From: Candidatus Bathyarchaeota archaeon
Lineage (GTDB): Archaea > Thermoproteota > Bathyarchaeia > Bathyarchaeales > Bathycorpusculaceae
Direction: 5' to 3'
Length of the DNA: 64,000 bases
Assembly: GCA_963720565.1 (NCBI GenBank)
Contig: CAVRFW010000005.1
Location: forward strand, 256,001-320,000
Of the stretch, positions 9,411-19,682 are shown piece by piece (within the stretch, counting starts at the first letter, position 1; the number at the start of each line of letters is the position of its first letter). The notes under the pieces are model-generated. The model was not told the origin of the DNA. It saw only the letters and a program-made list of their open reading frames with translations, and searched no databases. Position numbers and translations under genes: made by a program.

Positions 9411-10094
9411 TCACTGATTTCTGCTTATCTTCTCCACCAAAACCGGCAAATCGGTTATTGAAGTCACAATGTAGTTTGCTCCCGTGCTCTTCAACTGCTC
9501 TATGGTAGAAACGCCTGTGGACAGCCCAACTGCAATTGCTTTCAATTCCCTGGCACATAGCATGTCTGTGCCGCTATCCCCCACAAGCACACTCTCTTCA
9601 GGAACTACATTTAGAGCTTTCAAAGCAACCTCAAGGTGCTCAGGATTTGGCTTAACCTGTTTCACACTGTTCCTCGTGACGACCACGTCGAAAAACTCCG
9701 AAATTCTAAAACGATTCAAAATGTACTTAACGGACTTTTCGCTGTTGGTTGTGCATATTCCCATTTTCAAACCCATTTGCTTCAAAGTCTTCAATGTTTC
9801 AATTGCCCCTGACGATAGTTCCGTGCTAACCGCTGCTTCCAACTCGTACCTTTCAGCTATAGCAAAAGCCTCATGGTGCACATCCTCTATTCCCTCAGTC
9901 GATTTCCCCGTATTCTTCAAGAAAATCTCTGTCTTGCGGAGCATTTCAAAAATATTCTCTTTCAGAGATAAGACTGAGGACGGTACTCCCAACTTCATGA
10001 GGAAACTCCTAACCTCTGCCCGCAACGCTTGGTAGTCAAGACAAAAATCGACCAAGGTCCCGTCTAAATCGAATACAATTGCACTTACACCCAT
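9411..10094 (-). CDS. HAD-superfamily hydrolase (phosphoglycolate phosphatase-like)
   Basis: FDLDGTLVD, TTN, KPNP and VGDS..D motifs. Confidence 0.88.
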   Translation of the reverse strand: MGVSAIVFDLDGTLVDFCLDYQALRAEVRSFLMKLGVPSSVLSLKENIFEMLRKTEIFLKNTGKSTEGIEDVHHEAFAIAERYELEAAVSTELSSGAIETLKTLKQMGLKMGICTTNSEKSVKYILNRFRISEFFDVVVTRNSVKQVKPNPEHLEVALKALNVVPEESVLVGDSGTDMLCARELKAIAVGLSTGVSTIEQLKSTGANYIVTSITDLPVLVEKISRNQ

Positions 10095-10215
10095 AATTCC
10101 AGTTCACACTCATGTTTTCCGCCAAAGCGAAGCGCGGGGAAAACACATCTCCAAAGGATAATATACTTTACGGTAAAATATGTCGTAACAGCGATCGGTT
10201 GGATTTCGATTCGTT

Positions 10216-10293
10216 TGGCGGGCCCGACGGGAATTGAACCCGCGACCTACGGATTAAGAGTCCGCCGCTCTAGCCTGACTGAGCTACGGGCCC
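10216..10293 (-). tRNA. tRNA-Lys (anticodon CTT), intronless, CCA encoded
   Basis: Reverse complement GGGCCCGTAGCTCAGTCAGGCTAGAGCGGCGGACTCTTAATCCGTAGGTCGCGGGTTCAATTCCCGTCGGGCCCGCCA folds as a cloverleaf with anticodon loop CTCTTAA. Confidence 0.95.
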
Positions 10294-10518
10294 GCGCTTT
10301 ATCTTTTTGAAAGAGGTTCCGTTGAGAAATATAGAGCTTACGGTAATGCTTATCGAATAGGATGTCACGTTTGTCTTTGGCGAATCCTTAAGCCTTTTTC
10401 GCCGGTTAGCTTGGCTCTTTATTTAGGGGGGTCTCGTCCGGATTATTATTTCTCTTTTAGTTTTCATAGCTTTCTGGACGAAAACTTTGAAAATTCCCAG
10501 CGAAACTAATGGAGGGCT

Positions 10519-11430
10519 CTAACTTTTCACCAAGAACATCTTTTCTAAAGTAGTTCTGGCGTTCTTGGCTATTTTTTCTGGAACTTTAATGACGTGTTTT
10601 TCCTCTTTTAGTGCAGTGTAAACCCTATCAAGTGTGGTTAATTTCATGTTAGGACATACAGCACCTTCATAAGCGATTACGAACCGTTTTTCAGGATTTT
10701 CTTTACGTAGGCGGTGAAGTATGCCTTCTTCGGTGGCAACGATGATGGTTTTAGCACTGCATTCTTTTGCATAGTGGCACATTCTAGAAGTGCTGCCTAC
10801 GAAGTCTGATACTCTACGGATTTCGCCGCTGCATTCTGGGTGGGACATAACGGTAGCATCAGGATACTGTTGCCGGAGCACTGTTATGTCTTCGGGTTGA
10901 AAAAGCAAATGCGTAGGGCAGAAACCCCATTCTGGTATCGGAATTAGAGTCTTTCCTGTTTTCTCTGCGACGTATTCGGCTAGGTTGCGGTCTGGACCAA
11001 ACAATACTGTGTCAGCATTTAGAGAGTTTATAACATCCACTGCATTGGCGCTGGTACAGCAGATGTCACAGTATGCCTTTGATGTGGCTAGAGTGTTTAC
11101 ATAGAGGACTACGGGCGCGTCAGGGTAGTGAGATTTGGCTCGCTTTATCTCGTCAACCGTAAGCATCTGAGCCATTGGACAGCGTGCTCCAAGCGTGGGT
11201 AGGAGTACTTTTTTCTCAGGGTTAAGAATTGCAGCTGATTCTGCCATGAAATCCACGGCAGCAAAGACTAGGATCTCCGCGTCTTTTTCAAGCATAGCTT
11301 TGCGGCTGAGTTCGATGCTGTCACCAACGTAATCAGCTATGTCCTGAATTTCTGGGCGCTGATAATTATGTGCTAGAATAATTGCCTTCTTTTCTTTCTT
11401 GAGTTTGCTTATTTTCTCTTCAAGGTTCAT
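10519..11430 (-). CDS. nadA: Quinolinate synthase
   Basis: ILAHNYQ, GDS, FMAESA, ARCPMA, YVNT, CTSANA, CPTH, HPEC and CPNMK. Confidence 0.95.
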   Translation of the reverse strand: MNLEEKISKLKKEKKAIILAHNYQRPEIQDIADYVGDSIELSRKAMLEKDAEILVFAAVDFMAESAAILNPEKKVLLPTLGARCPMAQMLTVDEIKRAKSHYPDAPVVLYVNTLATSKAYCDICCTSANAVDVINSLNADTVLFGPDRNLAEYVAEKTGKTLIPIPEWGFCPTHLLFQPEDITVLRQQYPDATVMSHPECSGEIRRVSDFVGSTSRMCHYAKECSAKTIIVATEEGILHRLRKENPEKRFVIAYEGAVCPNMKLTTLDRVYTALKEEKHVIKVPEKIAKNARTTLEKMFLVKS

Positions 11431-11871
11431 GGTTTGTGTCCTAACTTGTAAGCGCTTAGAAGGACAAACAAGGAGATATATGCTTTATCCTCCGGACTAG
11501 GCGTTATCTCATTATTTCTTCTGTTAATGTGCTTCAACAAAATTCCTCAACTCCCCTTCATACCTTGACTGGATTAAGTAGGGCTTTTATGGCTTTCATT
11601 CCAAGGTACAGAAAGCGGTTTTGAATCTCGAACACAGAGTTTTTCTTTCACGGAGATTGACGCGCGAAAAGAAGAACACGAGTTCACTCCTTAATGATGC
11701 CATCGCCTTTGAGAGATTGAATTGCATGGCCTTTGTCAGTTGTTGTGAAGAAGTGACCTGATGGAAATTGTAGACCTTCAGCATAATGTATTAGTCTATG
11801 CTATGGGGAAACTGTAGATTCTGGAGCAAGTCTGGCATAAATTTTTATGCGGAGAAAGAAATTTAGAAGAG

Positions 11872-12528
11872 TTGGTGAATTTAGAATTGACTCAGGAGAA
11901 CAGTGGTAGGAAAGTCGTTAGTAGAACCATAGTGATTGCGCTAGGCGTAATCTGTATAATGCTTGTTGCTGGATTAGTTGGTGTAATCGCTACTTACACG
12001 CCCATGATATCTGATTTGCAGTCGCAAGTGGCAAATAAGGACAGCACGATTACCTCTCTAAACAGCACAGTTACGTCGTTAAGCAGCACGGTTACTTCCT
12101 TAAGTTCACAAGTTTCTTCTCTGAACTCGCAGGTAGCTTCACTAAAAAGCAGCCTCAACGAAAGCCAATCCTACTATGAGGAAATAGTGTCAGATTACTA
12201 TGAAAAGCTTAGTTTAAGCCAGTACGGCTATCTGGTAAACAACATGAATTTTACCCAAGATGCAGGTGCTGTCACTGCGGTATGGACGGGTTACGTGGAA
12301 TATGCTGGCTACGTCGTCATTAATGTAGAATCGACTTCTAACACAACACTCGCAAGTGTGTCCTACTCTTTGTCCTCACGTGGCGTAAACTTCGACTACA
12401 ACGCAACTATGGGAACAAGCGGAACAAAAGTTTTTCCAGTATTGCCAGGGGAGTTGATCGTTGGAATAAGCAATACAGAGATCGCTAATGCCGTAAATGG
12501 GATCGTAACTGTTGTTTATTACTACTAA
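11872..12528 (+). CDS. Membrane-anchored coiled-coil protein with C-terminal beta domain (hypothetical surface protein)
   Basis: N-terminal TM helix, heptad repeats ITSLNSTVTSLSSTVTSLSSQVSSLNSQVASLK, and a beta-rich C-terminus with N-X-S/T sequons. Confidence 0.7.
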   Translation: MVNLELTQENSGRKVVSRTIVIALGVICIMLVAGLVGVIATYTPMISDLQSQVANKDSTITSLNSTVTSLSSTVTSLSSQVSSLNSQVASLKSSLNESQSYYEEIVSDYYEKLSLSQYGYLVNNMNFTQDAGAVTAVWTGYVEYAGYVVINVESTSNTTLASVSYSLSSRGVNFDYNATMGTSGTKVFPVLPGELIVGISNTEIANAVNGIVTVVYYY

Positions 12529-12659
12529 CCTCTCCATTTTCCGTTGTAAAGTAGTATTCAGGATTTTAGTTGGTTGGTTCATTCTGAGTGCGGTTTAGCC
12601 GAGTTAATGATTTAATCGACTTCTAGTCTTCATTGCACATGTATGGAAAGAAACGCGCA

Positions 12660-13542
12660 TTAGCGCAATAATGAGGGTTGCTTTTCCTGTGTGTTTCTGA
12701 AGATGTCTCGCATTTTCAAGGCATCGACGTCTAGAATAGGTGTTTCACATATTAGTACGGGCCGTATTTTGAACTCAAGAAGTACTTCGGCAAGCATTTG
12801 GAAGTCTGGACCGTATCTCGCTTCATCCAAAACATGGTGCCGTCTTTCGCCTTTGTCTGTGTATTCAATTTTGCTGAAGTGGCAGTGTACATTTCGGGTA
12901 GTCTCTGTTCCGAGTCTTCTTTCAACTTCTTCGATGACTCCACGAAAGTCTTCAGTTTTCCTAAATTTTCCTTGATACCTAGCATGCAGATGTGACCAGT
13001 CGATTACAATTTGTGTCTGCTCAACTTCCTCGCAAATGCTTAGAATCTCGTCCAGAGTACCCACTTGAGACACCTTGCCCATCGTTTCAGGACCCAGTTT
13101 CACGTTTTGGATTCCTAGTGTTTTCATGGTTTCTACTGTGTCTTTCAAGGCTGCGATACAAGTCTTAAGTGCGTAGGTTTTCTCAAAGCAGCCGTAGAAT
13201 CCCGTATGGAAAACGACGACATATGCCCCCATCCATTGTGCTGCTGTTGCACATGCGATTAAGTCGTCTTTTGCTTGCTTCCACAACTTCTTTTTTTCCG
13301 CTGAGATTTAGGTAGTAAGAACCATGCATGCTTAGTAGAACATCATTCTTTTTTGCTTCGATTCCGAGGATTTCAGCGTTTTGTTGTTTTATCTGGGGTT
13401 TCTGGCCCCATTGAACTGCTTCGTATTCAAAAGCGTCAAGTCCTTCTTCGCGCAAGAGTCTAGGTACGTCTGGCAACTGTGCTCCGAGAATTCTGAAGAG
13501 TGGAGGTACTCCTGCAGGACCAAAACGAGGACGATCTGCCAT
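12660..13542 (-). CDS. nfo: Endonuclease IV (AP endonuclease family 2), split by +1 frameshift near 13261
   Basis: N-terminal part (RFGPAG, SMHGSYYLNL) is ORF 13183..13542; C-terminal part (VFHTG, PETMGK, IDWSHLHAR, HCHFS, ICETP) is ORF 12660..13286; joined they read SKRRLIACA. Confidence 0.85.
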
Positions 13543-13761
13543 CTGCTTCCTTTTTCCTTGATTCTGGATACGGTCTGATGAAGGGTTTGAGATTTAAGAG
13601 TTTGGCTTTGCATCTAAAACTCGAATTATCCCGTCTGAATCCTTCTTGTATCAAGTTTTTGCGTTCAATTATGCGAATCTCTCCGAATGGTAATTCATTG
13701 CAGGATTGTTGCTCTTGAAGCAAGTACGCAAAGATGCAGAGACGTGATTCGAAACGGTCTT

Positions 13762-14544
13762 TTAGAAAAACTGGCTCAAGTTCGGTACAACAACATAGAG
13801 GCGAACGTAAATCGAAAATGCCAAAATGCAAATTGTTATCGCCAGCAATGCAAGATCTCCCCGACCGAGTTTCAATGCGTATAGGTTTGTGCGTTTCTTG
13901 GAGGCTCCCCATGCGCGGGATTCCATTGCTTCAGCCAATTCGAGGCTTCGACGAATAGCGCTTACAATTAAGGGGATAAGGACTGGAACGTAATTCCTAA
14001 TCCTCTTTAGAAAGTTTCCTTTCTCCATTTCCAGCCCTCTTGCTTTTTGCGCATCCATTATTGTCTGGGCTTCTTCCGCCAAAACTGGGACAAAGCGTAC
14101 CGCAGTTGTAAAGGCGAAAGCAAACTCATATGGTATTCGTGTTTGTTCCAAAGCCAGACCCAGATGATCAGGAGATGTCGTCAAGAAGAAAACTGAAAAT
14201 GATTCAACAAGAACCACAAACCGCAAGGTCATCGCAGCTGAGAACTCAACATCAGTTGCCGTTAACATGTACCCCGCAGTGAAAAATTTGGTCGCGATGT
14301 TGACTGCGAAAATGAAGGAAGCCAAAAAAGCTGCTCCGCGAAGCGAGCGAAGCCACTGTTTCTGGACACGGGCTAGCAACACGAATGGGATTTGCAGTAG
14401 GAAGAGAGCAATTAATGGCAGAATCTCGCTGAATAGTATTGCTGCCACGAAGATGACAATTACGTAAAGGAATTTGACTCTGGGGTCTAGATTGTGTATG
14501 GGCGAGTAAACCCTGCGAAACTTTAAACCGTCAAAAACGCTCAT
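13762..14544 (-). CDS. ecfT: ECF transporter transmembrane component T
   Basis: LDPRVK, RFVP, AQKARG and AMESRAW motifs; hydrophobic. Confidence 0.92.
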   Translation of the reverse strand: MSVFDGLKFRRVYSPIHNLDPRVKFLYVIVIFVAAILFSEILPLIALFLLQIPFVLLARVQKQWLRSLRGAAFLASFIFAVNIATKFFTAGYMLTATDVEFSAAMTLRFVVLVESFSVFFLTTSPDHLGLALEQTRIPYEFAFAFTTAVRFVPVLAEEAQTIMDAQKARGLEMEKGNFLKRIRNYVPVLIPLIVSAIRRSLELAEAMESRAWGASKKRTNLYALKLGRGDLALLAITICILAFSIYVRLYVVVPNLSQFF

Positions 14545-15365
14545 TCTCGCCTCTTCTCCAAAGCTTCAAGGATTATCGCCTTAGCCTCGTACACATCGAT
14601 GACGTCCTTTGGAAGACCTAAAGACGATAAACGTGCAAAGATCTGAGCAATCTGTGGTAAGACAATCGATGATTGAGCTAAAACCTCTGGGTCGGTGAGA
14701 ATCTCTCTGCTCTCGCCATCTGCTATTATTCTTCCTTCCTTCATCAACAGTACTCTTGAATTGCACTCAGCTACGAATTCCACATCATGAGTGACGATGA
14801 CTATTGTTTTTCCCTGTGTCTGCATTTGAACAATGAACTGGCGTAACTTCTCTTTTTGCTGATAATCCTGACCTATGGTTGGTTCGTCTAGTATCAATGC
14901 CTTCGGATCCCAAGCAAGGACAGAAGCCAATGCAACGCGTTTTCGCTCGCCACCGCTAAGTAGAAAAGGCGAGGTTTTCCTGTATTGTGTCAACCCCAGG
15001 AGATTCAAAGCCCAATCTATCCGCTTCTCTATTACCTCTGTTTCAAATCCGAAATTCTTAAGCGCAAAAGCAATTTCCTCTTCAACAGTTTCGCTGAAAA
15101 GCTGATGATCAGGATTCTGAAAGACAAAACCTATGTTTCTCGCTAAAGTTGCAATACTCGTTTTTCTCGTGTCAACCCCATCTATGCGAACAATGCCTTG
15201 CGAAGGCTTTAGCAGCCCATTAAAATGCTTGATTAATGTTGTCTTACCTGCGCCGTTTTGACCCATTACGGATACGAACTCGCCATCTTTAATGGTTAAT
15301 GAAACGCCTTTCAATGCTTCCACTCGGTTGGAATAAGAGAAATGTGCGTCTTCAACTTCTATCAT
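14541..15365 (-). CDS. ecfA2: ECF transporter ATPase
   Basis: GQNGAGKT, FQNPDHQLF, LSGGERKR and LDEPT. Confidence 0.9.
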   Translation of the reverse strand: MIEVEDAHFSYSNRVEALKGVSLTIKDGEFVSVMGQNGAGKTTLIKHFNGLLKPSQGIVRIDGVDTRKTSIATLARNIGFVFQNPDHQLFSETVEEEIAFALKNFGFETEVIEKRIDWALNLLGLTQYRKTSPFLLSGGERKRVALASVLAWDPKALILDEPTIGQDYQQKEKLRQFIVQMQTQGKTIVIVTHDVEFVAECNSRVLLMKEGRIIADGESREILTDPEVLAQSSIVLPQIAQIFARLSSLGLPKDVIDVYEAKAIILEALEKRRE

Positions 15366-16214
15366 TCAGATTTCAGTGACTCCTTGTAGTAGTGTAACTA
15401 GTTCCTCTGATGACAGTGGCGTAACGTTGCTGAGGTTAACGCCTTCTTTCTTGAGTAGTTGGAAAAGAAGTGTTGCCTTTGGAATTCCAACTCCAAGTAG
15501 GCGCGTCTCTTCGGTGCTTAAGACTGTTCGCGGGTCTCCATCGAAACAGACTTTTCCTTCATCCATAATAACTATGTGATCTGCGTATTTCGCGGTTAAA
15601 TCAAGCCTGTGCTCTACGAGCACGACAGTTACTCCGAGCTTCTGCTTAAGATCATAAATAACATCAAATATTTTCGCGGCGCTCAGAGGGTCAAGAAATG
15701 ATGTAGGTTCATCCAGAACTATTATTTCGGGTTGCATGGCGAGGACAGACGCAATTGCAACACGTTGCTGCTGGCCTCCTGAAACCTCGTGGGGCGACCT
15801 CTCTCGGAGATTGTAGATGTCCGTTAGTTCAAGTGCCCAATTTACTCTTCGTCGCATCTCTTCTCTGTCAATGCCAAGGTTCTCCAATCCAAAGGCAACG
15901 TCTTTTTCAATTGACAGAGCGAAAAGTTGATTTTCTGGGTTTTGAAAAACCAAGCCTACATGCTTTGCCATTTCATGTGTTTGGTGCGTGGTCACATCCA
16001 TATTGGCGACAGTTATTTCGCCCTTCAGCTCGCCCTGGTAGAAATGAGGTATTAATCCGTTGAAGCATCGGCACAATGTTGTCTTTCCACAGCCACTCGG
16101 GCCCGTAATGAGGACGAATTCTCCTTTCTCTACTCTTATTGATACGTCGCTAATTGACGGTTTCGAAGCGCCTGGATAAGTGTAAGAGAGTCTTTTCGTT
16201 TCTATTATCGTCAT
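15366..16214 (-). CDS. ecfA1: ECF transporter ATPase
   Basis: GPSGCGKT, FQNPENQL, SGGQQQR and LDEPT. Confidence 0.9.
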   Translation of the reverse strand: MTIIETKRLSYTYPGASKPSISDVSIRVEKGEFVLITGPSGCGKTTLCRCFNGLIPHFYQGELKGEITVANMDVTTHQTHEMAKHVGLVFQNPENQLFALSIEKDVAFGLENLGIDREEMRRRVNWALELTDIYNLRERSPHEVSGGQQQRVAIASVLAMQPEIIVLDEPTSFLDPLSAAKIFDVIYDLKQKLGVTVVLVEHRLDLTAKYADHIVIMDEGKVCFDGDPRTVLSTEETRLLGVGIPKATLLFQLLKKEGVNLSNVTPLSSEELVTLLQGVTEI

Positions 16215-16265
16215 ACGTATTGTGCCTGCCTAGGTTAAGCGCGTAACATCCCCATTTAAGAGTAA

Positions 16266-17264
16266 CTACTCATGAATGATTGGAATCTTGTGATTGATTA
16301 GCTGCAAACAAAGCTTTAGTCCCGTTTCCACATTGCCGATTCCGTTGACTCCTGCAGCTGTAGCGTGACCTCCACCCATTCCAAGAAGGCTTTCGCCTAA
16401 GGGTTTGGCGATGTCCCTTCCCAAATGGATGTTTGTTACCTCGTTGAATTCACGTGTTGAGCGCATGCTAATTTCGATGCCTCCGTTTTTTTGTCCAGCT
16501 ACCACTGCCAGGTGAGCACCTAAGTCGACCAGTGCTCTTGCTGCAGAGGCTTGAAATGCACTGACGCGTGATAAAGCGATAACCCAATCGCCCATTTTCA
16601 ACAGTTTCGCCCTTTGACAGGCTTTGATTCTGGCAACTCGCTCAGATGACTCCATGGGTAACGAGAGTATGGGCAAGATTTCCTGAGTGTTCACCCCTAA
16701 GTTACCTAGTTCGGCAACGGTTTGGAACGTTGAAGAATTCGCCAGCAGGAAATGTCGCGTGTCAAAGGCTATTCCTAAGAAAAGGGCTTTAGCCACGTTT
16801 AAGTCTGGCTTTGTGTCGACTTCTTTGTAGAAGTTGTACACCATTTCACACGTAGACGCAGCTTTCTCTTGTGTTATGACGAGTCTCGCTATGTGTTCTG
16901 TTTCAGGATGAGGCGCATGATGGTCAACCACTATGATGGGCGCAGAAGTTTTTTTCACCTTCTCAGCCACGGTGCCCAACTGTTGAATTGTATTGGTATC
17001 CAACAAAATTAGCGCGTCAGCCTCTTCTGCGCTCGGATTTACGTTTACGGTTATTGGTATATACTTCATTATTTGTTTTGAAAGCTTGCTTATTCCTGAA
17101 CCTGCTCCAATTTCAACAAGAACATTTGGCCTCAGCTTTCTTATTAGAAATTGCAAAGCATAAGCTGAGCATATTGCGTCAGGGTCGGAGTTGTGGTGGC
17201 ATAACAGAAGCACATGACTTGCCTGGGTTTCAACTAAAATTTTGACTATGTCTGTTATGCTCAT
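16266..17264 (-). CDS. DHH-family phosphoesterase with DHHA1 domain
   Basis: HHNSDPDA, LLDT, VDHH and GGGHATAAG. Confidence 0.9.
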   Translation of the reverse strand: MSITDIVKILVETQASHVLLLCHHNSDPDAICSAYALQFLIRKLRPNVLVEIGAGSGISKLSKQIMKYIPITVNVNPSAEEADALILLDTNTIQQLGTVAEKVKKTSAPIIVVDHHAPHPETEHIARLVITQEKAASTCEMVYNFYKEVDTKPDLNVAKALFLGIAFDTRHFLLANSSTFQTVAELGNLGVNTQEILPILSLPMESSERVARIKACQRAKLLKMGDWVIALSRVSAFQASAARALVDLGAHLAVVAGQKNGGIEISMRSTREFNEVTNIHLGRDIAKPLGESLLGMGGGHATAAGVNGIGNVETGLKLCLQLINHKIPIIHE

Positions 17265-17557
17265 TTTAGTTTTCTCAGGTATTTCTCGCCAGCTTTCAAA
17301 GCTTCTTCAACCGCTTCAGCTGACAGAGTCTGGGGATTGGAACCGCTTGTCTGCGAGGATAGAGCCAAGTCTACTTCAACAATCAGGTTGATGGGTTTTG
17401 CGCCTTCGGCTTCCACGCTTATGTTCATTCTCTCAACCATCTTGGGTAACACTTTTGAAAGGATGTACTGTCTTGCCGCGTTCTCAGCCGTAGAGCATAA
17501 AATCTCGATTTGTTCTGTGGTCAGCTCGGGAATCCCCAGCTCTTCCACGAATGTCAC
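17261..17557 (-). CDS. DUF3194-like protein
   Basis: Small acidic protein (LTTEQIE..C..AE..AR) in the typical pfdB-DUF3194-DHH arrangement. Confidence 0.65.
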   Translation of the reverse strand: MTFVEELGIPELTTEQIEILCSTAENAARQYILSKVLPKMVERMNISVEAEGAKPINLIVEVDLALSSQTSGSNPQTLSAEAVEEALKAGEKYLRKLK

Positions 17558-17565
17558 CTAATGAT

Positions 17566-17937
17566 TTATGGCGATGATTGTGAGATTGGACTCAAATCTT
17601 CCTGTAGTTTAGTTTGTGCCTCTTTTACTTGGCTGCGAATTCGTTCTTCTTGCTTTGCTAGTACGGTACTGCGCGTGGTTAGCAGTTCTTTTCGTTCAAC
17701 TAGCTCCTCGTTTATCTTTGCTTTTTCAGCCTTAACCATGAGCGAGCCTATTGCCTTGTAGATTACTGAGTCATCTGCTGTTTTCTGGAGCTCAGCAACT
17801 GTCTGTTCAACCTCGGTCTTCTCCATTTCGACCTGTTGCTTCTGGGCTAAGATAGACTGCAAAGTCTGTTGTAACTGTTGAAGTCTCAATAAGCGTTCTT
17901 GAACTTGAGGGGGCAATCTCGAGATTTCGTCACTCAT
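17566..17937 (-). CDS. pfdB: Prefoldin subunit beta
   Basis: LPPQVQ..L..LQQLQQ.LQ coiled coil and the IYKAIGSLMVK hairpin. Confidence 0.93.
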   Translation of the reverse strand: MSDEISRLPPQVQERLLRLQQLQQTLQSILAQKQQVEMEKTEVEQTVAELQKTADDSVIYKAIGSLMVKAEKAKINEELVERKELLTTRSTVLAKQEERIRSQVKEAQTKLQEDLSPISQSSP

Positions 17938-18167
17938 TTTTTATCCATCCGTCTGCACAGCAATAAGCAAGGCTATTAATTAAGTATTTTCCAAACTAAA
18001 AGACAAGTTCTCGCTCATTCTAAGCACAAATCAAATGGTAAACTAACACGGTTGTGAAGGAGTTGGTACTTCTCCTTGTATCTCAGCTAAAGCAGATCCA
18101 AATGTTTAAACCCAAGAATCATATCTGACAGAATAAAACGCTTCTGAGCTAAAAGCTTGTTTAAATA

Positions 18168-18186
18168 GGAAAGGTTTTTAGTTAAG
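18168..18186 (+). promoter_or_regulatory. BRE/TATA promoter of the psmA-exosome operon
   Basis: Purine-rich GGAAAGG followed by TTTTTAGTTA about 55-60 bp upstream of the psmA ATG; GAGGT RBS near 18226. Confidence 0.45.
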
Positions 18187-18237
18187 ATGTGATATGAAAC
18201 TGTGCAAAAGTGAAAAGGGTATTTAGAGGTTAACATT

Positions 18238-18966
18238 ATGTCCGTGTTTGCAGCACCTGGTGCATACGACCGCGCTATAACTGTTTTCTCGCCAGATGGG
18301 CGGCTTTTTCAAGTTGAATACGCCATGGAATTAGTGAATCGTGGCGCAACAATTCTGGGGATCCAATCTACAGAAGGAGTAGTTCTGGCTTCAGAAGAAA
18401 ATGTTGAAGTCCTTGAAGAGGCCGGATATTCCTGGAAAATCTTCAGGATTGACGAGCATGTAGGAGCCGCAATAGTGGGATTAAGTTCCGACGCAAGAAT
18501 ACTCACTGATCAAGCTCGAATATACGCTCAAAGTAACAAGCTAACTTACGACGAACCCATGGATGTCGAAGTTGTGACCAAACGAATTTGCGACATACAG
18601 CAGATGTACACTCAGCATGCAGGCGTCCGACCGTTCGGAGTAAGCATAATCTTCGGAGGCGTAGACAAAACAGGTCCGCGGGTTTTTGGAACACACCCTA
18701 GCGGAACATACAGAGGATACAAAGCCACAGCCCTAGGCGCCGGAAGAGAAACAGTTTTGGCATTATTGAAAGAGGAATATCGCGAAGAAATGGGCCTAGA
18801 AGATAGTACAAAACTCGCAGTGAAATGTCTAGTAAAAGCCTTGGACGCCAGACAACTGCCGCCCAGAATAAAAGTAGCCCTAATCCCAGCTGCAACGAAA
18901 AAACTAGAAATGTTACCCGACAAAACGGTTGAAGGTTATATCAAAGAGCTGGGTTCGAGCAAGTGA
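18238..18966 (+). CDS. psmA: Proteasome subunit alpha
   Basis: YDRAITVFSPDGRLFQVEYA signature and GVRPFGVS. Confidence 0.97.
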   Translation: MSVFAAPGAYDRAITVFSPDGRLFQVEYAMELVNRGATILGIQSTEGVVLASEENVEVLEEAGYSWKIFRIDEHVGAAIVGLSSDARILTDQARIYAQSNKLTYDEPMDVEVVTKRICDIQQMYTQHAGVRPFGVSIIFGGVDKTGPRVFGTHPSGTYRGYKATALGAGRETVLALLKEEYREEMGLEDSTKLAVKCLVKALDARQLPPRIKVALIPAATKKLEMLPDKTVEGYIKELGSSK

Positions 18967-18973
18967 AAACCGG

Positions 18974-19663
18974 ATGAGTGAGAAGTATACCGTTGCACGC
19001 TTTACCAAAGACAACGAACATTTTGAAATTCTAGTAAAACCACAGAAAGCATTAGATTACCGCAACGGAAAAATCTCTGGGATAACCGAGGTTTTGGCAG
19101 CAGAGACTATTTTTGTCGATGCAAACAAAGGCACGAAAGTCTCAGAAGAGCAAATGCACAAAGCCTTTCAAACAACGGACACTCTTAAAATCGCAGACAC
19201 CATACTCAAAAAGGGAACACTTCAGCTCACGACAGAGCAAAGGCGAAAGATGATAGAAGACAAGAGAAAACAAATAATCGACTTCATTTCACGACAGGCT
19301 GTTGACCCTAAGACAAATCTGCCGCATCCACCCTTACGTATTGAAAACGCGATGGAACAGATCCGTTATCCAATAGATCCCTACAAACCCGTAGAGGAAC
19401 AAGCCAGAGAGATAGTGAAACTCTTACGACCCATTTTGCCCTTGAAAATAGAACAGATTTCCGTGGGCGTCCGCATCCCTGTGGAGTACGCGTCAAGGGC
19501 TTACGGTGCAGTGAAGCCTTTTGGCGCCATAAAACGCGAAGAGTGGCGTGCAGACGGTTCATGGTACGGCATATTAGAAATGCCGGTTGGATCATACGCT
19601 TCGTTTCTTAACAAGCTTGGAGACGTAACAAAAGGAACCGGAGAGGCTAAAATAGTAACATAA
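18974..19663 (+). CDS. Ribosome maturation factor SBDS/SDO1
   Basis: HFEILV, LQLTTEQRR and DPKTNLPHPP.RIENAME; conserved position after psmA. Confidence 0.93.
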   Translation: MSEKYTVARFTKDNEHFEILVKPQKALDYRNGKISGITEVLAAETIFVDANKGTKVSEEQMHKAFQTTDTLKIADTILKKGTLQLTTEQRRKMIEDKRKQIIDFISRQAVDPKTNLPHPPLRIENAMEQIRYPIDPYKPVEEQAREIVKLLRPILPLKIEQISVGVRIPVEYASRAYGAVKPFGAIKREEWRADGSWYGILEMPVGSYASFLNKLGDVTKGTGEAKIVT

Positions 19664-19682
19664 AAACTTAAATGGAGGTTAA

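Noticed and set aside
9484..10035. Long antisense ORFs (e.g. 9484..10035, 47748..48296, 52018..52587)
   Set aside because: Shadow frames opposite well-supported genes
10216..10293. tRNA-Lys as an integration site
   Set aside because: No duplicated tRNA 3' end or integrase seen in the window; the flanks are housekeeping genes
11596..11784. 62-aa ORF upstream of nadA
   Set aside because: No motif and no evidence of coding
12660..13542. nfo and the other split genes as true pseudogenes
   Set aside because: Each has a single +1 lesion with intact catalytic motifs; the uniform direction points to a sequencing artefact
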